A DNA stretch of 51,831 bases from Planctomycetaceae bacterium (GTDB taxonomy: Bacteria > Planctomycetota > Planctomycetia > Planctomycetales > Planctomycetaceae), in contig JBBDNT010000301.1 in the NCBI GenBank assembly GCA_040877445.1, forward strand, positions 4,622 through 56,452. Direction: 5' to 3'. Under the pieces are notes generated by a model that was not told the origin of the DNA, did no database searches, and saw only the letters and a program-made list of their open reading frames with translations. Shown piece after piece: positions 28,401 to 36,775 of the stretch. The position numbers and the translations under genes are program-made. Position 1 is the stretch's first letter. Every line of letters begins with the position of its first letter.

Positions 28401-31400
28401 CAGACGGTCGCGGAGCGCGTCGTTCACGTACACCACCGACAGGTCCGCCGGAGCGCCCTCGGGATCGACCGGCACGAGGACCGCCTGGTCCTCGAATGCC
28501 GGTCGCGGGTCGGCGATCGCCGGAGAAGGCGCGGCTTCCTGCGCGACGGTCGAAGAGACGACGCACGCCAGCCCGAACCCTCCGGCGACGATCGCCAGCG
28601 TCATCGCCGAGGCATGTTGGAACGTCGCGGTGCTGCCGGTCATGCCCTGTTCGACCGGGCGAGGCCGGCCGATGCGGCGGAACAAGCCGATCGGCGTCAG
28701 CGCCGACAACACGCACCCCGCGAAGATCCCGCCGGCGAACGAAGTCCAGGCCGGCGGAGCGGCGATCGCGGCGGCGAGGGCGGTCGCGATCGCGACCACC
28801 GCCAGCGACGACCGCCGCGGAAGCCGCGCCAGCCGGATCGCGATCCCCATCAGGCAGGTTCCCAGAAACAACGTCCAGGCCACGAACGCGACGCGGCCTT
28901 CCTGCTGCGTGCGCAGGACGAGCCGCTCCGGCAGATATGGCGCCCAGGCCTCGATGACGCGCCAACCGGCCGGGGCGAACGCGATATCCGCCGAACGATC
29001 TTCGTCCGAGGCGCGGGGCGTGCCGAGCGGGGCCGGTCCGTCGGAACGCGTGCCGGCATCGCCGAACAGTCCGCTCCACGACGACGGCAGAAAGGGATTG
29101 AAGAACGACTGGTGCGCGGGGCGCCCCAGCGGTCCGAACAGGCGCACGGTCCAGGCCTGTCGCGGGAAGCGCGCATCGAGGGCGACGAACTTCGGTTCCT
29201 CGGCGCAGCGGATGCCCGGTGGGAGGGCGATCGTCCAGTCGAAGGCGAGCACCGCCAGCGAAGTTCGCGGCGTGGGAATGTCGTGCGTCCGCGCCGTCCA
29301 GCCATCGCTGGAACGAGTGCGATAGTCGAGCGTCACCACGTTCGGCCGCCCCGGTTCGAGGGGCGCTTCGCCACTCGACGAGTGCTTCGTCCCGTTGACG
29401 TCCAGGCCCGTCAGTTCGGCGCCTTCGGGAAGCCGGAACACGAACGTCGTCTCGGTCGAGTCGGGAGGAATGCGGAACACGGCGCGGTGATCGTCGAACT
29501 CGAACGAGTCGGCGGCGAGTCGCGAAGCAAGCGACAGGCCGGCCCAACCGGCGGCATGCCGAGCGGACGACGGGGCCGCGCTCGGAGTTCGCTCCTCGTT
29601 CGCGACATCCACGGGGATCGCGGCGCCCGGGACTGGTTCGCCTCCGGAGACTCCAACGACGTTCCGCGCGCCCGCGACGGGAAACATGAGCGTGCCGTCC
29701 GGCGTTCCGACGGCGCGAAGCCACAGGGTCGCGTCGTCGCGGTCGACGACATCGCGCCAGAACGACGCGTCCCGAACCGGTTCGGGCAATGCCTGAAAGC
29801 GGATCGATTCGGAGCGCCGCGCGTCGCGGAGTCGCAACTCCCCGGAATGCGAAAGGCCCGCGATCGATTCGGTCACTTCGCAATCGAGCGGACGGAGGCC
29901 CGGCACGGGGAACGGCTCGCCCGCGGCGACCGGCAAGCGTTGCGCGACCACGACGATCGCCTTGCCCGGCTCGTCCGCTCGGCCGGCGGGAACGAGCGCG
30001 TCGCGAAACTCGATTCGCAATTCCGCAGAACCGTCCTCTTCCGGGACGACATCCCAGCCCGCCACGGCCGATTGCCGCGCGCTCTCCGCCGGACGGACTT
30101 CGGCGATCTGCCAGCCGGGAGGAATGCCGCAGCGGGCGGCGAACGTCGAGCCGGACGAAGCGCGCCATTCGATCCGCGTTCGGGCGGTCCAATTCTCGGC
30201 GTCGAACAGCACGGCGGTGAGCGTGCGGGCCGAGAGGACCGGCTCGGGATGGTCGGCGTCGACGATCAACCCCCCGGGACCATCTTCCCGGGGGTCGTTC
30301 GTGCGGAACCGCTGAAACGTGAAACTGCGCCCGTCCGACTCGGTCCCGATCTGCCGCGCGCCCGGCGAAGAAAGGCCGCGGACTTCGAGCGGCTTCTCGA
30401 CTTCCAGCGTCGAACGCCCTTCGAGAAACAGCAGGTCGTAGTTTTCCGCGGCGACCAACCGCGGCCGGGGGAGCATCCACTTGCGTCCCAGCCGGGGGGG
30501 CGCGAACCCGCGGATGCGAACGGGCCGCGGCATCGGCCCCAGCACCGCATCGGGAAGGGCCACATCGATCAGCCGCATGCCGTCCCGGACCGACGCGGTC
30601 CAGGCCAGCGCGTCTTCCACCGCCAGTCCTCCGCCGATGCGGCGACGGGACGAACGGTATTCGATGGACAGGACTTCGGCGGCGGCGGGGAGCGCGAAAC
30701 GCAACTGGCCGACTGCACCGCCGGCCACATCCAGGTTGAAGTCGCATTGAAATTCCAATCCGTCGGATCGCAGCACGTACGACGTGTCGACCCGCGCCAG
30801 CACCACGGGATGCATGCGGGCGGACCGGGCTTCACGGACGACGGAAAGATGAAAGTCGGTCCGGCTGCCGGCATCCACGCGCCACGCGCTCCACCCCGGT
30901 CGGGATCCGCGATGCGGACCGCTCACCACGACTTCCGCGCTCGAGGTGCGCAGCGCGTGCGAATCGGGAATGGCGAGTTCGAACCGCGAGACGGTGGCGC
31001 GGGGGATATGAATTTCGAACTCGACGCTGCCGGGCAATTTGCGGCCGTTGAGACTCCACGCGCCCGCCAGCCGCTCCCCCGCGCGATCGATGAGCACCGC
31101 CGTTCGCCCCTCGCGGTCGGCCCCCCAGATCGCCGAATGATCGCTCCACGACAGGGCGGACAGGGCGAGATTGGACGAGTCCAGCCACATCAATTGCGGC
31201 GTCTCGGACGATGCCGTGACTGCCGACGACAACTCCGCCAGGAGCGTCCCGGCGGCGAACGCGTCGCCGATGAATTCCGCCTGATACACGGCGGAGGCGA
31301 AGCGGGGCGCCTCGCCTGCGGGGGGCGAACGATCGGCCGCGGAGAGCCGCTTGCGGAACTCGTCGGCGTCCATCACGTGCCAGCGGTCGGGAGACTGCTC

Positions 31401-31712
31401 GAGGAACTCGGACAAATGCTCGACCGGAACGAGCACTTGCCGCACCGGCGAGGCGCCGGCCGGAAGCGCGCTCTTCGCCGCCATCGCGAGGTCCGACGGC
31501 GCCGGCGATGGAGCGAGTGATGTCGATTTCGCCGGCGGTCTCGGCGGAGATGGTTCGTCCCCTTCGGAATCGACGCGGGCGACGGCCAGGCAAGCGATCG
31601 CGGCGATCGCGACGACGCTCGCTCGCAAGGCTTCGCGCCGCCCGCCGCGCTTCGCGGTGGCGATGACGCCGGGCCGAAGCGTTCGGCGCGTTCGTCGCGC
31701 AAGGTGACTCAT
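25458..31712 (-). CDS. giant hypothetical envelope protein (2084 aa) made of two tandem modules, each a large extracytoplasmic region followed by a 3-helix TM cluster
   Basis: The ORF has coding-like composition throughout, unlike the antisense Arg-rich ORFs. Hydrophobic N-terminus: SVVAIAAIACLAVA. Internal TM cluster at about aa 890-1010: FVAWTLFLGTCLMGIAI...LAVVAIATALAAAIAA...MTLAIVAGGFGLACVV. C-terminal TM cluster: AAALFLLVVVLAW...WALVGFIWWWWLGPAIVGVVILLSSLWLAIRRR. I recognised no catalytic motif. Its start overlaps the upstream gene's stop (ATGA). Confidence 0.6.
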   Translation of the reverse strand: MSHLARRTRRTLRPGVIATAKRGGRREALRASVVAIAAIACLAVARVDSEGDEPSPPRPPAKSTSLAPSPAPSDLAMAAKSALPAGASPVRQVLVPVEHLSEFLEQSPDRWHVMDADEFRKRLSAADRSPPAGEAPRFASAVYQAEFIGDAFAAGTLLAELSSAVTASSETPQLMWLDSSNLALSALSWSDHSAIWGADREGRTAVLIDRAGERLAGAWSLNGRKLPGSVEFEIHIPRATVSRFELAIPDSHALRTSSAEVVVSGPHRGSRPGWSAWRVDAGSRTDFHLSVVREARSARMHPVVLARVDTSYVLRSDGLEFQCDFNLDVAGGAVGQLRFALPAAAEVLSIEYRSSRRRIGGGLAVEDALAWTASVRDGMRLIDVALPDAVLGPMPRPVRIRGFAPPRLGRKWMLPRPRLVAAENYDLLFLEGRSTLEVEKPLEVRGLSSPGARQIGTESDGRSFTFQRFRTNDPREDGPGGLIVDADHPEPVLSARTLTAVLFDAENWTARTRIEWRASSGSTFAARCGIPPGWQIAEVRPAESARQSAVAGWDVVPEEDGSAELRIEFRDALVPAGRADEPGKAIVVVAQRLPVAAGEPFPVPGLRPLDCEVTESIAGLSHSGELRLRDARRSESIRFQALPEPVRDASFWRDVVDRDDATLWLRAVGTPDGTLMFPVAGARNVVGVSGGEPVPGAAIPVDVANEERTPSAAPSSARHAAGWAGLSLASRLAADSFEFDDHRAVFRIPPDSTETTFVFRLPEGAELTGLDVNGTKHSSSGEAPLEPGRPNVVTLDYRTRSSDGWTARTHDIPTPRTSLAVLAFDWTIALPPGIRCAEEPKFVALDARFPRQAWTVRLFGPLGRPAHQSFFNPFLPSSWSGLFGDAGTRSDGPAPLGTPRASDEDRSADIAFAPAGWRVIEAWAPYLPERLVLRTQQEGRVAFVAWTLFLGTCLMGIAIRLARLPRRSSLAVVAIATALAAAIAAPPAWTSFAGGIFAGCVLSALTPIGLFRRIGRPRPVEQGMTGSTATFQHASAMTLAIVAGGFGLACVVSSTVAQEAAPSPAIADPRPAFEDQAVLVPVDPEGAPADLSVVYVNDALRDRLARAPGLASESPRYLIARADYLARIEDRDAVTLDARYDVIVLPGVRTAEVEFPLAAANPGGPDACLVAGEPVPVVPLAGGKAFTVAIARPDLDDLAAPWRVEIAFALHPPPTAVPGFDIEIPPVAASRAVLSFSVPPPAVSVPPARGRVSIDDESRTVTADLGGAGRLRATWFAGREASSAPAVVETSVLCDVDVRPAWIEYRYRIAYRAPDDPIDYLAWNVPRSMLFRGATIDGVPAAAEQSPRDEDRAEVLLTLPAPRAGEFVVEATFFAAVVERADTIAVPLGQLLSAATDRAGKPLIPYRVGVRTAPEFRLTAGERGPAATPIAAESFPVETTPGGGSRRPQFAFDLRGPAVVRFALEPLVAVRRVRQFQAGRVGREQLAWKLLAEVEVAGAPAYRHTLVADPRLRIRSISVEEADVERLVHWSREGDRLHLFLDRGTTATQRVALSADLPLDFSAETTLPDLHFEGAEIVESRLELVRDPEVTVDLLAGATTEGVAAAATFPEMARPDDVAIGKFSRTEAAPPVRLRALVNERPRVDTLTMLGDPTKSAPGALEYSIVSRFPAPAAGTAPYRLHVPPSLAADHRITAVNCLIGPPVERPDGAIERSIQSQPGSAGETSVEVSGAIATTAAETWLLPRAEVLDAAPGEHFLLLPPAMEWLPADGSASAHDEAPDWVIARDDAGLSSESLLFRGPTPSWNLERRPTAAEAGPLQVSAVWTRVWQRGAEREHGTTIAELPPRQQGRLRWRWPADCVPSAAFIDGEGVAFDPPGGNELVLPVAVGTRTVALFWTRSAAAAPAVMRRVSDAYPLPREAAVENVYLSIVPDRDIHLMPRLRTGLVTEQVPPPTFATVPEALRPEPRSASFPMIGEPAVEGRIAEKSRAQAAPASFWAIRATAADAIAAAALFLLVVVLAWRPAPAMANWLAAHPAAAWALVGFIWWWWLGPAIVGVVILLSSLWLAIRRRPRGSQPETAPGT

Positions 31713-34700
31713 CGCTCCCGTCCCGCGGTGGTGGTGGAGACGGGTTCGAACGGACTAGGCGCCGGCCGGACGGCGGTCGGATCGTCGGCGCCGGCCGGGA
31801 GCGCGCGATGATTGCCGGACCCGCCCGCGGAGGGGGCGTAGAAATCGCTGGCCGCCGACAGCGTGATGATCGACGGGGCCCGCCGACGTTGAATCGTGTG
31901 CTCGATCGCCGCCGCCGCCACCGCCAGCAGCAGTCCCAGCAATGCCGGTTGCAACAGCACGCGCACCGGTTCGGCGTGCCACAGTCCCACGAGGGCGCCG
32001 GCGAAGGCGATCACCAGCAGCGTCAGCGCGTCGCGCGTGGCGGGAATCTTCAGCAGCACGAAGCCGGCCGCGAGCGCCAGTCCCGCGCCGAGCAGCACGA
32101 TCAGCGATTGGCTCATCGCTCGGAACTCGAGTGCGTCCACCGGTCCGAACCTGGCGAAGAGATACGAGTTGCCGGCCTCGAACATCGGTTCCGGCGCGGG
32201 GCCGTCGCCGGCGCCGATCCAGGCGTCGAGGTCCGCGTAGCCCGGCCGGACGTTTCGGGTCCAGAAGGCCGTGCCCCGCCGCCACTCATACATGGGCGTT
32301 AGCCCGCGCGGCGTGACGAACAAGTGCAGGTCGACCGGAAGGACGATTTCGGTCAACGACTGATCGACGCGAACGTTCGCCGGAAACCGGGCGACCGCCA
32401 ACCGCGACGCGTCCGCCCAGGTGAAGCCCCGCGGCGCGCTCTCCCGGAAGTCGATCGTCAAGAGGTGCTCGCCGGACACCGCTCCCGAAGTCCCATCGGC
32501 GATTTCCAACCGGTGCAAGCCGCCGTCGTCGTCGACCGGAACGAGGCGCTCCGGCGCGATCGTCTCGTGGTTCCACCACAGCGCCTGGACGGTTTGCTCT
32601 TCGGGAACGTGCAGCAGCAGCCTGGTGAAATCGCCCCGCAGGCGAAACTGCGCCCGGATCGACGCGTCGCCGTTGTGATCGAAAACCGTGCGGACTAGCG
32701 AGCGGCGGACGACGTAGTGCTGCGGGATGTCCGGACTGGCGCGTTCCAGTCGCACCACGATCGCGTCGCCGGGAGTCGAGGTCCGCCATTGCCGGCGATC
32801 GTCCATCGCCATCTGGCGCGTCCATCCGGATTCGGCGACGCTCACTTCAACCGTTTCGGTCGGTGGGGCCGACAAGACCAGCGCGCCGAACGGGGCCTCC
32901 GTCGGCAGCACGAGGGGCAACTTCGAATCGACCGGCTCGACCGGAGGGAGCGCCGTCCCGGGGTCGACGAAGTATTCCGCCACGATTTCGAACCAGCCGA
33001 TCCGCGGTTCCGAAAAGCGGATCGTCGCCTGCCGGTGGTCCGCATCGCCGCGGTCGGTCCAACTCGGCGTGAGGACCGCGCCATCGGCCGCCAGGAAGCG
33101 GACTTGTTCCCCCACGCCGCGGGGGACGAGTAGTCGCGCCTGCGGCAGCCGTTCATAGCGCACGTCGTAGGCGATCCGCTGGCGCACGAGCAGCCGGCCA
33201 TCAACCAGTTCGACCGCGGCGTCGGCCGAAGTCCGCACGATCCGCTCGTGCAGCGACAGCCGCACCGCGAGCAGCGCCGACGGCGACGGAACGCGATAGT
33301 GGGCGACTTCGTTCCGCGACGCGGGGGGGGACGCGCCGGCCATCGACCCTTCGCCGAACAACGGAAACGCATCGGCCAACTGGATGCGTTCGAGCGCGGT
33401 CTCGGCCGTCGGTTCGAGCTGCGCTTCGACCGCGTCGGCGGTGGTCACGAACAGGTCGGCCGGGGAGAGACTGGTGGTGTCGATTCCCGGCAGCGAAAGC
33501 ACCGTCGCTTCCGGCTCGGGAAGCATCTTCCGCCCGGCACGGACCCGGACCGTGAACTCGCCCGCTTGACGATCGCGCAACTGGATGCGGACGACATCGC
33601 TGGTCTCGTCCGTGTCGAAGTCGAACCGCTCGATGGCGGCCCCGTCCGCGGCGGGGGCGAACATGTCCGGCGGCTCGATCGTCCAGCCTTCGGCCCGCCG
33701 ATTCGGCCACGCCAGGTCCAGCGACTCGACGACGCCCCGATAGACGCGCACCTTGAACTCCGCGGTCAACTCCGCCCGCTGGCCCGAAAAGTGCAGCTTG
33801 TGCTCCGGTTGCACCGTGAACCCCGGAGGATTCCGCGTGACCGCCAGGCCCAGGCGGAACGGCTGCCGCAAGAAGCGATAAGCGCTTGCCAATGAAGGCT
33901 GCCCGATCACATCGCCGGCGTTGATGCGGTGCACGTTCGCCGCTTCGTAGCGGGCGATCCGCAATCCCTCCACGTGGGAGACGGCGATGTCGCCCGTTTG
34001 CCGCCGCGCGTGTTCGACTTCGAAACCCTCGAGCAACACCCGGCCCGATTCGGGCAACGGCGCCTGCAGCGTCCACCGCAGTTCGATCGGCCCCGTGCCC
34101 GGCTCGGTGAGTTTCACCGCCACGCGCTCGTCCGGAAGCGTCTCGTGCGAGGCGTAGCGCCGGCCTTCGACCGCGATCAGTTCGAATCCCGACGGAAGCC
34201 GGACCGTCAACGAGTCGAAGCTGCCCTGCCGCGCCTGCACGGACTGCACGACTTCCAGCAGCACGGAGTCGATCGTCGGCTTGACGGCGATCGACGCGAG
34301 CGACTCCAGCACCATTTCGACCTGCGCCGGATCGGGAAGCGGCTGCCAGGTCAGATCGAGCCGTTGCTCCAGTCCGAAGATTTCGATTTCGGTCGCGTCG
34401 TCCGACACGGCCCGAGTGCGAATCGTCGAGCGCGGGTCGCGTTCGGCGAGCGGATCGCCCGTTTTCACCGACACCCGCCGCATCGGGACCGCGATCCGCG
34501 CCTGACTCACCGCGGTCGCCGGCAGCGCGAGTTGAACCCGGCGCGTGGGAGACTGCTTGCGGACCGGCACGAACACCGACAGCGTGAGCGTGTGCAGCCC
34601 CTGTCCCTTGAGCGACCAGCGATAACCAGCGTCGCGGTCGAATTCGTCGAAGGCGGCGGTCCCCGGCCCGTCGTACGACGTGTCCCGCAGCACCGCTTCG

Positions 34701-35347
34701 TTCAACCGCAGGGGAACCCGCACCCATCCATCCGCGCGGTCGACCTGCACGCGGATCGTGGCGGTCAATTCCGCCCGCTCGTCTCCCGCCGTTCCCGCGA
34801 GCGCCACCGACGTGATGGCGTAATCCGGCCGAGCCGCCCGAGGAGGCGCGTTCTTCGCCGCGCGCCATTCGAGAAACGCCTTCAAATCCCCGTCGAGCGG
34901 GACCGGAACCAACTGGCCGCGTTCGTTTCTCAGGTAGATCGCGTCCCACTTCACCCCCCCTTCGGCGGGACGCGACACGGATGCGCCGCCGCCGTTCGAG
35001 GGAGTGAACATCGGCGCGACCGGCGACGCTCCCGTCGCGCGGGGCGTCGCTTCGGTCGGCGTTCCGTTCGCCTCTCGCGATCCGCCGCTCGTCCCGGATC
35101 GCGCTTCCGCGGGCGAACCGTTCGTCGAGTTCGAAGGCGACGAAGCATCGGCGGGCGCGGCGACGACGGAACGTGCCGGTGCCGCGGGCTGCTCCGATTG
35201 CGCGATTTGCTCCTGTCCCACGGCGGCGGTCGAGACCATCCACAGCGCCGCGAGCAGGCAAGCCGTGTAACCCAAACGGCGCACGTGGAAGCCCGATCGG
35301 TTCGACGGAGACATGTGCAGAGTGCGGACCATTCCCCCGGCCCGCAT
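31709..35347 (-). CDS. giant hypothetical envelope protein (1212 aa), a paralogous module of the downstream 2084-aa protein
   Basis: The signal peptide is GYTACLLAALWMVSTAAVGQ, followed by a Ser/Thr/Gly-rich linker, a large soluble region and the C-terminal TM cluster LIVLLGAGLALAAGFVLL...LLVIAFAGALVGLW...ALLGLLLAVAAAAIEHTIQRRR. This is the same TM1-loop-TM2-TM3-RRR layout as both modules of the neighbouring gene. The exact start is uncertain, with several in-frame ATGs at 35347-35314. Confidence 0.6.
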   Translation of the reverse strand: MRAGGMVRTLHMSPSNRSGFHVRRLGYTACLLAALWMVSTAAVGQEQIAQSEQPAAPARSVVAAPADASSPSNSTNGSPAEARSGTSGGSREANGTPTEATPRATGASPVAPMFTPSNGGGASVSRPAEGGVKWDAIYLRNERGQLVPVPLDGDLKAFLEWRAAKNAPPRAARPDYAITSVALAGTAGDERAELTATIRVQVDRADGWVRVPLRLNEAVLRDTSYDGPGTAAFDEFDRDAGYRWSLKGQGLHTLTLSVFVPVRKQSPTRRVQLALPATAVSQARIAVPMRRVSVKTGDPLAERDPRSTIRTRAVSDDATEIEIFGLEQRLDLTWQPLPDPAQVEMVLESLASIAVKPTIDSVLLEVVQSVQARQGSFDSLTVRLPSGFELIAVEGRRYASHETLPDERVAVKLTEPGTGPIELRWTLQAPLPESGRVLLEGFEVEHARRQTGDIAVSHVEGLRIARYEAANVHRINAGDVIGQPSLASAYRFLRQPFRLGLAVTRNPPGFTVQPEHKLHFSGQRAELTAEFKVRVYRGVVESLDLAWPNRRAEGWTIEPPDMFAPAADGAAIERFDFDTDETSDVVRIQLRDRQAGEFTVRVRAGRKMLPEPEATVLSLPGIDTTSLSPADLFVTTADAVEAQLEPTAETALERIQLADAFPLFGEGSMAGASPPASRNEVAHYRVPSPSALLAVRLSLHERIVRTSADAAVELVDGRLLVRQRIAYDVRYERLPQARLLVPRGVGEQVRFLAADGAVLTPSWTDRGDADHRQATIRFSEPRIGWFEIVAEYFVDPGTALPPVEPVDSKLPLVLPTEAPFGALVLSAPPTETVEVSVAESGWTRQMAMDDRRQWRTSTPGDAIVVRLERASPDIPQHYVVRRSLVRTVFDHNGDASIRAQFRLRGDFTRLLLHVPEEQTVQALWWNHETIAPERLVPVDDDGGLHRLEIADGTSGAVSGEHLLTIDFRESAPRGFTWADASRLAVARFPANVRVDQSLTEIVLPVDLHLFVTPRGLTPMYEWRRGTAFWTRNVRPGYADLDAWIGAGDGPAPEPMFEAGNSYLFARFGPVDALEFRAMSQSLIVLLGAGLALAAGFVLLKIPATRDALTLLVIAFAGALVGLWHAEPVRVLLQPALLGLLLAVAAAAIEHTIQRRRAPSIITLSAASDFYAPSAGGSGNHRALPAGADDPTAVRPAPSPFEPVSTTTAGRER

Positions 35348-35411
35348 CCACCTTCATCATAACCTCCGGAAATTCCCCGTAGAAGGAGGAATCGGCGGCG
35401 AGCGGCAAAAT

Positions 35412-35717
35412 TCATGCGATCGTCCAAGGGACCGTGCGTGTCCAAGGAACCATGCGAGTCGTACCGCCCCCGGGCGGAACGGAAACGACTCGATCTCCAA
35501 CCCGGTCTCGAGCAAAAGAACCGAGGACCGGCAGGCCGGGGGCCGTGATGTCGTAGCACATGAGCGTGTCCTGCTCGCGAAGATAGAGTTTTCCGCCGCA
35601 GACGACCGGGTGCGCCCAACTGGGGGATTCAACGACCTCGGGACGTAGCGTTCCCTTCAACTGGTAGCGTTCGGGCGTCGCCGCGATCAACGCCACTTCG
35701 ACTGACTCCTCGGACAC
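35412..35717 (-). pseudogene. possible remnant of a PQQ beta-propeller gene (terminal blade only)
   Basis: The short ORF carries WAHPVVCGGKLYLREQDTLMCYDI, which resembles the last blade of a PQQ/BamB propeller. Compare GKLYVSMIDGRLTCLAG at the end of the 873..3872 gene. The remainder is low-complexity. Confidence 0.3.
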
Positions 35718-35893
35718 GAGGCGGCTACCGGCGCATCACCGGCGCCAAGCCGACGGTGACGGCATTCCACGACGATTACCTGTCGCGAGCGAGCGCGTGT
35801 GACCGCCTCCCCAAGCCGGAAAGCACCGGGCGCCACGGGGTTTCGGGTCTCAGAGATTGTGAAACTTTCTTTCCGCTGAGTGAGCTTCGGAAT

Positions 35894-35994
35894 CGTCATT
35901 CCCGCGCAGGCGGGAATCCAGTAATCGCCAAGGCGGTTACCAATGGGATTACTGTCCGTGCATCGACTGGGTTCCCGCCTTCGCGGGAATGACG
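35894..35994. repeat. nested multi-hairpin element (three stem-loops enclosed by a 13-bp outer inverted repeat)
   Basis: Outer inverted repeat: cgtcattcccgcg at 35894-35906 pairs with cgcgggaatgacg at 35982-35994. Inner hairpin A at 35898-35917 is attcccgc-gcag-gcgggaat. Inner hairpin B at 35919-35954 pairs cagtaatc with gattactg. Inner hairpin C at 35972-35989 is ttcccgc-cttc-gcgggaa. The element lies between the ECF sigma gene stop (36035) and the PQQ remnant and giant-gene operon. Confidence 0.5.
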
Positions 35995-36034
35995 CGCTGC
36001 GGACACGGTCGAATGGCGAAAGATTCACAACCTC

Positions 36035-36613
36035 TCAGGACTGGACCTTGCGTTCGGCCAGTTTGCGGCGCGCCCGCGTGAGCACGGGGCCGATCGTGTT
36101 TTCCGGAATTCCCAATCCGGAACTGATCTCGCCGTACGACCGTCCTTCCAGATGAAACAGGCGGACGATCTCGGCGTCGGCGGCGGGAAGGACCTTCAAC
36201 AGTTGGTGAACTTCGTCGCGGTCTTCGATGCGCTTGAAATCGGACGGTTGCGTGCGGACCTTCTCGAGCGACGTCCGGTTCACCTGCACGTGCCCCAGCG
36301 CCTCGGCCATCTTGCGGCGCGACATCTCGCGCACTACGATCCGCCGGGCGACCACGGTCAGATACGTGGCCAGCGAACTGTTTCCGCGAAAGTTCCGCAG
36401 CACGGCGAAGTCGCGGGATACCAGCGTCGTGAAAATCTCCGCGCAGATATCATCCACGTCTTCGGGACGCACCCCCACGCTGCGCGCCTGGGCGGTGTGG
36501 TGGATCACATGCACGAACAACCCGATGAACCGATCGACGAGATCCTTCCAAGCGCCCGGTTCCTGGGCGAGACACCGCCGCAGCAGGTTGCGATCGATTT
36601 CGGTCAAGGCCAC
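36035..36613 (-). CDS. RNA polymerase sigma-70 factor, ECF subfamily
   Basis: The sigma-2 region is LVDRFIGLFVHVIHH...DVDDICAEIFTTL. The sigma-4 HTH is RLFHLEGRSYGEISSGLGIPENTIGPVLTRARRKL. I chose the GTG at 36613; the ORF extends to 36709. Confidence 0.7.
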   Translation of the reverse strand: MALTEIDRNLLRRCLAQEPGAWKDLVDRFIGLFVHVIHHTAQARSVGVRPEDVDDICAEIFTTLVSRDFAVLRNFRGNSSLATYLTVVARRIVVREMSRRKMAEALGHVQVNRTSLEKVRTQPSDFKRIEDRDEVHQLLKVLPAADAEIVRLFHLEGRSYGEISSGLGIPENTIGPVLTRARRKLAERKVQS

Positions 36614-36775
36614 TGGTATTCCGACTCCCTCTGCGGCGCCGCGGCCGCGGCTGCCGAAACGAGTGAACGGGATACCGTCAAATGTACGTTCCCGGCGCCA
36701 TTCCGGCAAGATGAACCCGCCCGTTTCGCCCCGCGGCGGTGGCCGCCCGACCGAAAAGCCGTGCCGAAGTCCGGC

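Noticed and set aside
35898-35989. Resemblance of ATTCCCGCGCAGGCGGGAAT to the neisserial dRS3 repeat (ATTCCC-N8-GGGAAT)
   Set aside because: Everything else in the window is high-GC and planctomycete-like. The match is a short palindrome and I take it as coincidental convergence. I kept it only as a local hairpin element.
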